A stretch of 64,000 nt of DNA, from the NCBI GenBank assembly GCA_965208835.1, contig OZ242358.1:3072001-3136000 (forward strand), read 5' to 3'. Shown piece after piece: positions 18,156 through 28,052 of the stretch. The translations under genes were made by a program, and so were the position numbers. The DNA is from Candidatus Latescibacterota bacterium. Its GTDB lineage: Bacteria; Latescibacterota; UBA2968; GCA-2709665. Each line of letters starts with the position of its first letter. Within the stretch, counting starts at the first letter, position 1. Under the pieces are notes generated by a model. It had not been told where the DNA came from and did not search any database. It saw only the letters and a list, made by a program, of their open reading frames with translations.

Positions 18156-20921
18156 ATGTCAACGAAGCGGAGACTCATAATGAACATGCACAGAAATGCA
18201 TTACTCATCTGGCGGAGAATTGGAAGAGGTGTGGGGCTCGCATTGGTTGTCGTTGTGGTCGCCCTTGCGTCCTCTTCAGGCCGGGCTGACGCCGACACAT
18301 TCTCGTTCGCCCTGATCGGTGACGTGCCGTACGCCGATGCCGACAGTATCCGGTTCGCAAGGTTGACCGACATGATCAACGCGGACGACGACGTACAATG
18401 GGTCATCCACGCGGGCGACATCAAACGTGGCGGACAACCGTGCACGGATGCGGTTCTGGAAGGTCGTCTGGAAAGGTTCAATCGCTTCGATGACCCGTTC
18501 ATCCTTACCCCGGGCGACAACGAATGGACGGACTGTCACCGCAAGGTCGCCGGCCGCTTCGATCCGCTGGAACGCCTGCGGAAACTGCGGTCCCTGTTCT
18601 ATCCCCGTGCCGGGATGACGCTCGGCAAGCGGACGATGCGGGTTGAATCCCAGGCGTCGCTGCCCGAATACAGCGAGTTTGTCGAGAATATCCGCTGGGA
18701 ACGGGCCGGTGTTCACTTCGCAACCATCCACATTGTGGGGAGCAGAAACGGGTTACGAGGGTTTCAACGCCGGGATTCGACCGAGGTTGGCGTGGTCCCG
18801 GTGAGGACGGAACGGCACGACGCGGAGGTCGAACGGCGCACCCATGCGGGGATCGCATGGCTTCGTCGTGCTTTTTCGGAGGCGTCCGGGTCCGGCAAGG
18901 CGCTGTTTCTGACGCTGCACGCGTCGATGGGCCTGGAGCGAAGACCTGCGCCGGACCCGCCTCACTACCAGGCGATCCTCGACGTGTTGCGTGAGGAAAC
19001 GGAACGATTCGGAAGGCCGGTCGTCCTTGCGCATGGAGACTCGCACTATTTCCGGATCGATAAGCCGCTTCGGCGCAAGGGTGGCGGCAGGCGCTTCGCG
19101 AATTTCACCCGCGTGGAGACGTTCGGCGCGTCGGACGTGCACTGGATCGAGGTCGCGGTGGCCCCTGCCAGCGAGAACGTATTCAGCTTCGAGCAGAGAA
19201 TTGTGAAGGAGGACCGGACGAACGGAAGTCGACGCAAACCTACGGAAAGGACCGGGATGAACATCGAAAAATCCGGCGATTCGGGACGAACGCCGCAAGA
19301 CGTCATCGAGGCCATGCACCGGCCGTCCTGGTGCATCGAAACACAAGAGGGACGCCTCTACTGGGAACTGATCAGCGCCGCGATCCGGAATGATGCCGGT
19401 GCCCTGCGCAAACATCTGAGCACGGATCCGGACTGCGCCAGACTGCAGTTCTGGTACACCCCGCCGATCCACTTCGCGGTTCGGGAGGGCAGTCTGGACG
19501 CCACGAGAGTGCTATGGGAAGCCTATGCGCACGACGAGGTGAGCGATCTGATTGCCATGGCCGAAGACCGCGGACATGCGTCGATCGCAGATCACCTCCG
19601 GACCGCCTCCGGGCCCGTTTCGGACGCACCTGACCCTCGACTGCACCAGGCGGTGGAAGCCGGGGACCACGCGGAGATCCAACGCCTGCTTGAAAACACG
19701 GATGGGATCGAATTGCAACGGGACGCGGACGGCAGGACCGCGCTCCATCTCGCCGTTATCGCGAACGACCGCACGGCGGTAAAGGCGCTCCTCGACAGCG
19801 ACATCGAAGTGGATGCCGCCGACCACTCCGGATTCCGCGCAATCCACTACTCGTACTGGAAGGACCTGATGTGGCACAGGACGAAAGCGAGTCCTGATCT
19901 GGCGGGACTTCTGCTGGACGCAGGCGTCCGCGACACCCCAACGCTGGCTGCCGCGAGGGGAGACCTGGATGCCGTCAGGGCGTTTGTCGGCGCCGACCCG
20001 TCGGCCGTGAACGACGGCGAGAATCTTCAGAAACGCCCGCTGTCGGCCGCGGTGGAACGCGGCCACCGTGACATTGTCCGCTTTCTGCTGGATAACGGGG
20101 CGGACCCCAGTCTGCCGGAGAGCCGGCTGTGCCCCTACGGGGCATCGCTGATGACCGCGACCGTGCAGGAAGACCTCGAAGTCGCCAGATGGCTTCTTGA
20201 AGCCGGCGCCGATCCGAACGGACACGTGGACTCCTCCGGGTCCCCCGCGATCCGCGCCCACTCTGACGCCATGCGGGGCCTGCTCTACGGCTACGGCGGG
20301 CGCGCATCCGGAGCGTGGGGCTACGTACAGCGGGGCGAGTTCGAAACGGTGGCCGCGATCCTCCGCTACACCGACGATCCGTTTTCCAACGAGGAGAGCG
20401 AGTACCTGACCACGCCCTACACCGCCGCGATCAGCGGCTGCGGGCGCATGGAGGACAAAGGAGAATCAACCGATGCCCACGAGGCGATGTTCGAGATGTT
20501 CCTGCAGCGCAAACACCCGATGCCCCGTGTGCTGACGGCCTGCAAGACCTATCTCTACCACGTCCCGCGGATGACGCGCCGGCTCCTCGAACACGGCCTG
20601 GACCCGAACCTGCCCGACTGGCAGCGGCGAACCCCGCTGCACGACCTCTGCCGCCCCAACCGGGCCGTGTCCGATGCCGCCATGATGGTAAGTATGTTCA
20701 TCGAATTCGGCGCTGACGTCAACGCGATCGATGAGGAGGACCGCTCGACACCCATTGGGATCGCCGCACGCGAAGGTAACGCGGAACTGGTGGAGCTTCT
20801 ACTGGATAGCGGCGCCGATCCCAACGCCGCGGGCGCCGAATGGGCGACGCCCCTCGCCTGGGCAAATCGACGCGGTCATGAGGATATCGCAAAGTTACTG
20901 CGAAACCGGGGCGCCCTGTAG
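18156..20921 (+). CDS. Secreted calcineurin-like metallophosphoesterase fused in frame to an ankyrin-repeat protein
   Basis: Signal peptide; GDVPY, HAGD, PGDNEW, HGDSH motifs. Ankyrin part starts at internal ATG 19257 and is paralogous to 9869-11539. Confidence 0.8.
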   Translation: MSTKRRLIMNMHRNALLIWRRIGRGVGLALVVVVVALASSSGRADADTFSFALIGDVPYADADSIRFARLTDMINADDDVQWVIHAGDIKRGGQPCTDAVLEGRLERFNRFDDPFILTPGDNEWTDCHRKVAGRFDPLERLRKLRSLFYPRAGMTLGKRTMRVESQASLPEYSEFVENIRWERAGVHFATIHIVGSRNGLRGFQRRDSTEVGVVPVRTERHDAEVERRTHAGIAWLRRAFSEASGSGKALFLTLHASMGLERRPAPDPPHYQAILDVLREETERFGRPVVLAHGDSHYFRIDKPLRRKGGGRRFANFTRVETFGASDVHWIEVAVAPASENVFSFEQRIVKEDRTNGSRRKPTERTGMNIEKSGDSGRTPQDVIEAMHRPSWCIETQEGRLYWELISAAIRNDAGALRKHLSTDPDCARLQFWYTPPIHFAVREGSLDATRVLWEAYAHDEVSDLIAMAEDRGHASIADHLRTASGPVSDAPDPRLHQAVEAGDHAEIQRLLENTDGIELQRDADGRTALHLAVIANDRTAVKALLDSDIEVDAADHSGFRAIHYSYWKDLMWHRTKASPDLAGLLLDAGVRDTPTLAAARGDLDAVRAFVGADPSAVNDGENLQKRPLSAAVERGHRDIVRFLLDNGADPSLPESRLCPYGASLMTATVQEDLEVARWLLEAGADPNGHVDSSGSPAIRAHSDAMRGLLYGYGGRASGAWGYVQRGEFETVAAILRYTDDPFSNEESEYLTTPYTAAISGCGRMEDKGESTDAHEAMFEMFLQRKHPMPRVLTACKTYLYHVPRMTRRLLEHGLDPNLPDWQRRTPLHDLCRPNRAVSDAAMMVSMFIEFGADVNAIDEEDRSTPIGIAAREGNAELVELLLDSGADPNAAGAEWATPLAWANRRGHEDIAKLLRNRGAL

Positions 20922-20956
20922 CCTCACGCTTCGTCGCCGACGGGAGTGTAGTACAG

Positions 20957-21523
20957 ATGTCACGCGAAGAGAAAGCACATCCCCGATTTCTCGCGCTCCT
21001 GCGCGGGGTGAACGTGGGCGGGAAGAATATCGTTCCCAAAGACGCGCTCCGCGGCTGCTTCGAGGACATGGGATTCTCCAGCGTCCGCACATACATCCAG
21101 AGCGGCAACATCCTGTTTCGGTCGACCGATTCCGATGTACTGGCGCTCGCGGACGAAGTCGAACGCGCACTCTCGGTGCGTTTTTCGTATAACGCGCGCG
21201 CCGTCGTCCTGTCCCGAAAGTCATTCCGAACCGCGGTTGACGCGGCGCCCGAGGATTGGGGACAAGACGACGAGCGGATGCACCACGCGCTCTTTACGCT
21301 GGCCGGAGCCCGACCGGAGGACATCCTTGCCCGGCTCCCATCGCCACGGCTGGAGTGGGAGACCGTTACGCCAGGGCCCGACGTGATCTACTGGTCGGTA
21401 TCCAGGGCACGACCGACCCGGTCCACGTGGGTGAAGCTGCCGGGATCACCGGAGTATCAGAAGCTAACCGCCCGAAATCACAACACGGTATTCAGACTGA
21501 GACAGCTGTTCGAGGAGATATAG
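20957..21523 (+). CDS. DUF1697 family protein
   Basis: ALLRGVNVGGKN...VRTYIQSGN...TARNHNTV. Confidence 0.92.
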   Translation: MSREEKAHPRFLALLRGVNVGGKNIVPKDALRGCFEDMGFSSVRTYIQSGNILFRSTDSDVLALADEVERALSVRFSYNARAVVLSRKSFRTAVDAAPEDWGQDDERMHHALFTLAGARPEDILARLPSPRLEWETVTPGPDVIYWSVSRARPTRSTWVKLPGSPEYQKLTARNHNTVFRLRQLFEEI

Positions 21524-21526
21524 CGA

Positions 21527-21856
21527 ATGGCAGGCGACGAGGAACTCATCAGTCGGATACGGACGATCCTGATTGACGAGGACGGATTCTCCGAGAAGAG
21601 GATGTTCGGAGGGGTCTGCTTCATGATCGGCGGCAACATGTGCGCAGGCACGTGGAAGGGGTCCCTGATTGTCCGTCTCGACAGGGCACACCACGAACGG
21701 ACGCTTGCCGAGCCGCACACGCGGCCGTTCGACATTACGGGCCGCGTCATGAAGGGATGGGCGATGGTGGAGCCGGCCGCAATCGAATTGGACGAAGACC
21801 TTACCGATTGGGTGTACAGAGCGGTCGATTACGTCCGTTCGCTTCCACCCAAATGA
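21527..21856 (+). CDS. TfoX/Sxy N-terminal domain protein
   Basis: EKRMFGGVCFMIGGNM...MKGW...SLPPK. Confidence 0.9.
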   Translation: MAGDEELISRIRTILIDEDGFSEKRMFGGVCFMIGGNMCAGTWKGSLIVRLDRAHHERTLAEPHTRPFDITGRVMKGWAMVEPAAIELDEDLTDWVYRAVDYVRSLPPK

Positions 21857-21897
21857 CTGAGAGAGGCTTCAACCAAAATTGCGGAAGGGTTGATACC

Positions 21898-22215
21898 CTA
21901 TTTCATGGGCGAGAAGGAGGTGGGGATGAGGACGTCGGAAATAACCTCGTCGACAATGGGGCCGTTGGCTTCGGTTCGTTCCCGCGCCGCGATCCATTCC
22001 GGGTCCGCGCGGAACGCATCCCACGCGGTTTCCATCGCCTCTTCGCTTTCAAATTCACAGAGGTAGATCAGCTCATTGACATCTTTGCGCGTCCAGAAAC
22101 CGGAGACTTTGATGCCGTGCCTGTCGAATAGGCCGAACGTAATGTTTTCAAACCGGCTGAGGATGTCCGGCATACGGCCTCCGGGGACTCTGTAAATGCG
22201 GTGTTCGTAGATCAT
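21898..22215 (-). CDS. NIPSNAP family protein
   Basis: MIYEHRIY...RF...HGI...W...AWDAFRADPEW...PTSFSP; RBS GGGAG. Confidence 0.9.
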   Translation of the reverse strand: MIYEHRIYRVPGGRMPDILSRFENITFGLFDRHGIKVSGFWTRKDVNELIYLCEFESEEAMETAWDAFRADPEWIAARERTEANGPIVDEVISDVLIPTSFSPMK

Positions 22216-22428
22216 AGGAACGCTCCCTGGTGTGAAGGATCCTGAATCAAACCTGCCTGGAATGGAACTCTCTGTGACCTGCCATGGTAACAAGAAACCG
22301 GCCGGATTGAAAGGGCCGCCTCCCCCGGCCGATACGGCAAAAGGACACGCGTCAGATTCCTCTTGATGCACTTCTGAAATGGTCTACATTGGGCCGGATT
22401 CGGGCAAAAAACCCGGTCGAGTAGAGCT

Positions 22429-23322
22429 ATGGCGAAGATAGAGCCTCTGGAAAAACTCCATCTGCCACAGGTCCTGGATCTCGCAAACGCGCATCTTGGC
22501 GCGGTTATCCCGGGCTGGGCACTCACTGCCGACTTCTTATGGGAGCGCTTGAAGCGCAATCCAGCCGAGCATGTTACCGATCCCTGGGTTGTCGAGAGAA
22601 ACGCCGTCGTTGGCGTCGTCAACGACCGTGTCTGCGCCGCCGCCCATCTCCTGCGGTACGGTGCAGACACGCGCTGGACGGGAACCGCGGAAGTCGCCTG
22701 GGTGCTGTTCTGGCCGCAGGAGCATCTTGCTGGCGAGGAGGTTTTAAAGGCGTGCATGCGTCAGATGGACACGTGGCGGGCAACGGACCAGCGGGTATCG
22801 GGGCCCTTGCCCGTGCCACCATGCGTGGGCGTGCCCCACGTCTGGCCGCATATCGGCCGCATTCTGGAACAATTCGGCTATGCACGCGGCGCGGAAGTCG
22901 ACGAATCCGTCTACGGCGGCATCCTGCAGGGTATTCCATCTCCGGGCGAAGCCCCCGTAGCGGGCGTGTCGATTCATCGCGATCTGGGGAAATTCCGCAC
23001 GCGATTCGTCGCGCGGTTGGAAGGCCGGGACGTCGCATACGTTGAATGCAATTCAGATCTCACCCTGGGCGGGCAGTTGCCGGCGCTATCCGGATGGGGG
23101 GAACTCTCGGAAGTGGAAACGAGCAAGGCCATGCGAAGCCGGGGCCTCGGTTCGTGGGTGATGCGCCATGCCGTTGAGTGGTTGCGGCTGGCCGGGTGCA
23201 ACCGGGTTGTGTTCAGCGTCGATAGAGATGACGAAAAAGCGGGCGCCGGGAGATTCTACAGACGGTTTGGCTGGACCCCGCTGGTTAGACAGAACCACTG
23301 GACCCGGACCGCCCGGGCATGA
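22429..23322 (+). CDS. GNAT family N-acetyltransferase
   Basis: MRSRGLGSWVM...RFYRRFGW. Confidence 0.85.
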   Translation: MAKIEPLEKLHLPQVLDLANAHLGAVIPGWALTADFLWERLKRNPAEHVTDPWVVERNAVVGVVNDRVCAAAHLLRYGADTRWTGTAEVAWVLFWPQEHLAGEEVLKACMRQMDTWRATDQRVSGPLPVPPCVGVPHVWPHIGRILEQFGYARGAEVDESVYGGILQGIPSPGEAPVAGVSIHRDLGKFRTRFVARLEGRDVAYVECNSDLTLGGQLPALSGWGELSEVETSKAMRSRGLGSWVMRHAVEWLRLAGCNRVVFSVDRDDEKAGAGRFYRRFGWTPLVRQNHWTRTARA

Positions 23323-23406
23323 CACGAATGCGGTCCCCTCGCCCATCCGGGCGCTCAAGTCATATTCGGTTTCATCCACACATCCTCCTCCGAACAGGAA
23401 GGATCC

Positions 23407-24555
23407 ATGACCACAACAGCCGACGCCTTTGACCTGCTGATCAGGGCCGGGCGTATCTTTTGCGCGGACACCGGCCTGGACGGACCGGGCGCCGTCGCAG
23501 TACAGGGAGACCGCATCGCCGCCTCCGGCGCGGACGTAAGCGGAACCGCGGTCCTGACGCTCGACTACCCGGACGCGCTGCTTCTGCCGGGCCTCGTGGA
23601 CATCCACGCCCACCCGGCAAGGAGCGGTTCCCGGTTCGGCGTCGATCCCGATGCGCACTTTCTTCCTCGCGGGGTCACCACCTGTCTGTCGCAAGGCGAT
23701 GCCGGCGCCCTCAACTGGCCGGCCTATCGTCGGGAGGTCATCCGCGGCTGCCGAACTCGGGTGCGTCTTGCGCTGCATCTGTCCAAAACCGGCGAAACGC
23801 CGCCGGACCACTGTTTCGAGCACGTTGAGAACGCCGACGTCGACCTCTGCGTGGACACGATCGCTGAAGCGGGAGAGGACATCTGGGGCATCGCCTTCAA
23901 CACGGTCCTCGAACATCGCCTCGCGCACGACCCTCGAGAGATCATGCGCCGGGGCGTTGAAGCGGCCGAACGCAGCGGACGGCCCATCCTCTACGGGCCG
24001 CGCTTCAACATCGACTTTCCACTCGAGGAACAGTTGCGGTTCCTGCGCGCGGGGGATCTCTTCACGTACACGTTCAGCCCCCGTCCGGACAACATCATCG
24101 CCGGCGGAAGGGTGCGACGCGCGGTGAGGGATGCCCGCGACCGGGGCATCCTGTTCGACGGCTGCCACGGGATGCAGTCCTTCAGCTTCCCTCACGCGGA
24201 GCAGGCCATCGCGGAGGGATTCTACCCAGATACGATTTCCACCGACCAGTACATTGCCCACGTGGGCGCCGACCCGCCCCACCACCTGCCCGGAACGATG
24301 TCCAAGTACATCGCCGCCGGCATGCCCGAAGCGGAAGTATTCCCGCGGGCGACCGCCAGGCCTGCCGAATTACTGGGGCTGAAGGGTGAAGCCGGCACGC
24401 TGGCCCCCGGCGCGTGCGCCGATATCGCGGTGTTGCGGTGGAACCCCGATGGACGTCTGGCCGACGTACTCGGCGTTGAACGGCACGGCGGATCCTGGGA
24501 ACCGCTGGCCACCGTGAAATCCGGTGAACTTGTGGATCAGGACTGTCCGAATTGA
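23407..24555 (+). CDS. Amidohydrolase/deacetylase family metallohydrolase
   Basis: PGLVDIHAH, GDAG, HGMQSFSF, PDTISTD, GTLAPGACAD. Confidence 0.9.
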   Translation: MTTTADAFDLLIRAGRIFCADTGLDGPGAVAVQGDRIAASGADVSGTAVLTLDYPDALLLPGLVDIHAHPARSGSRFGVDPDAHFLPRGVTTCLSQGDAGALNWPAYRREVIRGCRTRVRLALHLSKTGETPPDHCFEHVENADVDLCVDTIAEAGEDIWGIAFNTVLEHRLAHDPREIMRRGVEAAERSGRPILYGPRFNIDFPLEEQLRFLRAGDLFTYTFSPRPDNIIAGGRVRRAVRDARDRGILFDGCHGMQSFSFPHAEQAIAEGFYPDTISTDQYIAHVGADPPHHLPGTMSKYIAAGMPEAEVFPRATARPAELLGLKGEAGTLAPGACADIAVLRWNPDGRLADVLGVERHGGSWEPLATVKSGELVDQDCPN

Positions 24556-24580
24556 TTCGAAATCCGTCACCTGTTATATT
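24552..24580 (+). promoter_or_regulatory. Putative sigma70 promoter
   Basis: TTGATT-17 bp-TATATT with extended -10 TGn. Confidence 0.5.
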
Positions 24581-24754
24581 AACCCGCGGATGGCGTGATG
24601 CCCACGGCAAACGAAATTGCGGCACATCGTACCCGGATGCCCGCGCTTTTTGCAGGCGCCAGGTCCGGAGACCGTCTGCGCCAACCGGCAGGAGACGATA
24701 TGCGCGGTCCACAATTCCCGCTCGCCAAACCCTATCGATTCGAGGAGAACCGCT

Positions 24755-25705
24755 GTGAGTCAGGAAGTGATCATGGTTGCTGGTTTTTTGCTTGGCGCCT
24801 ATTCTATCGTTGGAAACGACGCGATTCAGACCCTTGGAACCTTCCTCAGCTCCAACGCCAGACGCCCCTGGTGGGTGCTCTGGATCTTTGCCTGCAGTAT
24901 TCTGGTGGTCGTCCTCGTCTATGGGTGGTGGATGCACGACGACGTCTCCTACGGCAGGCTGGAGAAGATCCCGGTTCCCGAGCATTGGTCCTGGATCTAC
25001 TGTGTCCCTCCGTTCGTCCTGCTCCTTCTGACCCGTTGGGGCATCCCGGTGAGCACCACGTTTCTCACCCTGACGATCTTTGCGCCAAAAGCCCTGCCGG
25101 CCATGCTGGTCAAATCACTCGCAGGTTACGCGACCGCGTTCCTGGCCGCCATTCTGATCTATCGATGGGTCACCAGTGGCTTCGAGTCCCGCTTCCACAA
25201 GACAGAGGGTCCCACGAGCGGCTGGTGGGTCGTGGCGCAATGGTGCTCGACCGGCTTCCTGTGGAGCCAGTGGCTGATACAGGACCTGGCCAATATCTTC
25301 GTTTTCCTTCCTCGCAGCCTCACGGCGGAATGGTTCTTCCTTGCGGTCATCGTCATGCTGGCCCTGCATGCCATTATCTTCTACAACCACGGCGGCGCCA
25401 TTCAGAAGGTGGTACTCACCAAGACCAACACAACCGACATCCGGTCGGCCACCTTTGTCGACCTGATATACGGCATCGTACTGTTGCTGTTCAAAGAGGT
25501 CAGCAAGCTTCCAATGAGCACGACCTGGGTCTTCGTGGGCCTTCTGGCCGGGCGTGAGATCGCGGTGGCGTGGAGTCAGCGGCACCGCAGCCGCAGGGAA
25601 GTGAATCGGCTGGTTGCCTCGGATTTCGTGAAAATCACCGGAGGACTGCTCGTCAGCATCGCCCTCGCCTACCTCCTGCCCGAATTGCAGGCGCTATTCG
25701 GCTGA
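24755..25705 (+). CDS. PiT-like (phosphate/sulfate permease related) membrane protein
   Basis: GNDAIQTLGTF, GIPVSTT, QDLANI, PMSTTWVFVG; RBS GAGGAG before GTG. Confidence 0.75.
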   Translation: MSQEVIMVAGFLLGAYSIVGNDAIQTLGTFLSSNARRPWWVLWIFACSILVVVLVYGWWMHDDVSYGRLEKIPVPEHWSWIYCVPPFVLLLLTRWGIPVSTTFLTLTIFAPKALPAMLVKSLAGYATAFLAAILIYRWVTSGFESRFHKTEGPTSGWWVVAQWCSTGFLWSQWLIQDLANIFVFLPRSLTAEWFFLAVIVMLALHAIIFYNHGGAIQKVVLTKTNTTDIRSATFVDLIYGIVLLLFKEVSKLPMSTTWVFVGLLAGREIAVAWSQRHRSRREVNRLVASDFVKITGGLLVSIALAYLLPELQALFG

Positions 25706-25876
25706 CACACGTCAGGGCGATACGGACACGGATATTAGAGAGATCCCGGATCACGACATCGAAAGATCACGGGCTCCTAATCGACAACGCGGTTCATGTA
25801 CCCATTTTTATCAAGATAAATCTTGACAGTCGGACTTCGAAGGCCCATTTTTGCATAAAAACGGAGTCGTTCGGTT

Positions 25877-26104
25877 ATGAATATGCCAAGAGAGAAATTC
25901 TCCAGCCAGGTTGCCCCCGAGCTGTTGGGAACAATGCGGAAGATTGCCCGTAAGGAGGGTCGTCACTTTCAGGCGGTGCTGGAAGAGGCCATGCGGGAAT
26001 ACATCGATAACCGCACCCGGGAAAAGCCGCGCGCTGAGATCATGGCCCACTTTCAGGCCAGCGTGGAAAGACATCACCGTCTGGGTGAGATGCTCGCCAG
26101 ATGA
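25877..26104 (+). CDS. Antitoxin (ribbon-helix-helix-like) of Doc-type TA module
   Basis: 75 aa, KFSSQV...ARKEGRHFQAVLEEAMREY; ATGA overlap with the Doc gene. Confidence 0.8.
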   Translation: MNMPREKFSSQVAPELLGTMRKIARKEGRHFQAVLEEAMREYIDNRTREKPRAEIMAHFQASVERHHRLGEMLAR

Positions 26105-26490
26105 CGCACGACTTCCCCACCATGCAGGAAGTCATCGTCCTGCACGACGTCCTGATCAACACGTTTGGCGGGGCACCTGGAATACGTGATGAAGGCGCGC
26201 TCGCGTCGGCACTCATGCGGCCGCAGCTTGGATACTATGACGGCCTGATCGACCAAGCCGCCGCCCTCATGGAGAGCCTCGCCAACAACCATCCTTTTTT
26301 GGACGGCAACAAACGGGCGGCCTTTTTTGTCACCGATACCTTTCTGCGTCTGAACGGCCACTTTATCGACTGTGACGACGATGAGGCATACGCGTTTATC
26401 GTAGGAAACCTGGAAGCCGGAACCTTCCGGTTCGCCGGGTTGAAGACGTGGCTTCAGGATAAGGTCGCAGCGCTGCCGGGTGTTCGATAG
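26101..26490 (+). CDS. Fic/Doc (death-on-curing) family toxin
   Basis: GIRDEGALASA and HPFLDGNKR. Confidence 0.95.
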   Translation: MTHDFPTMQEVIVLHDVLINTFGGAPGIRDEGALASALMRPQLGYYDGLIDQAAALMESLANNHPFLDGNKRAAFFVTDTFLRLNGHFIDCDDDEAYAFIVGNLEAGTFRFAGLKTWLQDKVAALPGVR

Positions 26491-26606
26491 CCATCGAGGA
26501 CACCACGCGATGTCACTGTCTGCCTGTTCCATGCGGGAATCGGGCGAAGATCGGCAGGTACCAGGGAACGCCCCAGTTTCCCGGTAATCCGTCAGGGAGA
26601 ATCCGG

Positions 26607-27896
26607 ATGCAATACCAGACGACGCGGACTGACGCGCAGATCGAGGCCGCCTTCCAGGAGGCTGTTGAACAGTATGCCGCCTTCGGCGTGAACGCGCACG
26701 AAGCCGTTGACAAAGCGGCGGAAGTGCCCATATCGCTTCACTGCTGGCAGGCCGACGACGTGGCGGGGTTCGAGACGAAGGACGAAGCCGTGGAGGGCGG
26801 CGGCATCATGGCCACCGGGAACTATCCGGGCCGGGCGCGAAACGGGGATGAGCTGCGCGCCGACCTGAAGCAGGCGATCGACCTGTTGCCGGGGAGGCAC
26901 CGCGCGAACGTCCACGCGTCCTACGGCGACACGGGCGGCAAAGTCGTGGACCGGGACCGCCTGGAACCCGAACACTTCGCCGGCTGGATATCCTGGGCGA
27001 AGGAAAACGGGATCGGGCTGGACTTCAACCCCACGTATTTCGCCCATCCGAAGGCGAACGATGGATACACGCTTGCCCATCCGGACGTGGAAATCCGTGA
27101 ATTCTGGGTCCGTCACGGTGTGGCCAGCCGGCGAATCGCGGAGGCCATGGGTATTGCGCTGGAGGACGTGTGCGTGAACAACCACTGGATTCCCGACGGC
27201 GCAAAAGACCATCCCGCGGACCGATACGGACCCCGCGAACGCCTGGTGGAATCCCTGGACGCCGTCCTGGACCCCGCACTGGGCATCGGGCCGGCCTGCG
27301 TGGACGCCGTTGAGGGCAAGCTCTTCGGCCTGGGCGTGGAAGACTACACGGCGGGCTCCAATGACTTCTACGCAAACTACGCCCTGTCCCGGGGCGTGGT
27401 CCTCTGCCTGGACATGGGCCACTTTCACCCGACTGAATCCATCGCGGACAAGATTTCCTCGCACCTGCCCTTCCACGACAGGCTGCTCATCCACACCAGC
27501 CGGCCCATCCGCTGGGATTCGGACCACGTGGTGCTGTTCGGCGACGACGTGCGCAACGTCTTCCTGGAAATCGTCCGTTGCGACGCCCTGGACCGCGTCT
27601 ACGTGGCCCTGGACTTCTTCGACGCCAGCATCAACCGCATCGGCGCCTACGTGATCGGCGCCCGCGCGACGCGGAAAGCCATCCTCTACGCGCTGCTGGA
27701 TCCCACACGGCAACTGAAGGAACTGGAACGGGAGGGCAAACTGGCGCAGAAGCTCGCCCTGATGGAAGACATGAAAACCATGCCCTTTTCCGCCGTATGG
27801 GACATGACATGCCTGAAAACCGGCGTCCCCCCCGGCGCCGCCTGGATTCCGGAAATGGAAGCGTACGAAGAACAGGTCCTGTCAACCCGGACATAA
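26607..27896 (+). CDS. rhaA: L-rhamnose isomerase
   Basis: ISLHCWQADD, TGNYPGRAR, DFNPT, WIPDG, VEGKLFG, LDMGHFHPTE, RWDSDHV, LDFFDASINRI. Confidence 0.95.
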   Translation: MQYQTTRTDAQIEAAFQEAVEQYAAFGVNAHEAVDKAAEVPISLHCWQADDVAGFETKDEAVEGGGIMATGNYPGRARNGDELRADLKQAIDLLPGRHRANVHASYGDTGGKVVDRDRLEPEHFAGWISWAKENGIGLDFNPTYFAHPKANDGYTLAHPDVEIREFWVRHGVASRRIAEAMGIALEDVCVNNHWIPDGAKDHPADRYGPRERLVESLDAVLDPALGIGPACVDAVEGKLFGLGVEDYTAGSNDFYANYALSRGVVLCLDMGHFHPTESIADKISSHLPFHDRLLIHTSRPIRWDSDHVVLFGDDVRNVFLEIVRCDALDRVYVALDFFDASINRIGAYVIGARATRKAILYALLDPTRQLKELEREGKLAQKLALMEDMKTMPFSAVWDMTCLKTGVPPGAAWIPEMEAYEEQVLSTRT

Positions 27897-27900
27897 TGAA

Positions 27901-27942
27901 GACCGCGGAACGGGGTGGGAAAATCCACCCGCTTCCGCGGTC
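27901..27942. terminator. Long hairpin between convergent rhaA and HNH genes
   Basis: GACCGCGGAA-CGGGGTGG...CCACCCG-C-TTCCGCGGTC; no clear U-tract. Confidence 0.5.
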
Positions 27943-28052
27943 CGTATCTGTTGCCAAGCTTCTACCTGCCCGCCGGACATACTCCGATGTCCCGCTAGAA
28001 TGCGAAAGATAGGTGGAGTTAGCGGAACCCGTCGGAAGTCCCTTTCCCAAGT

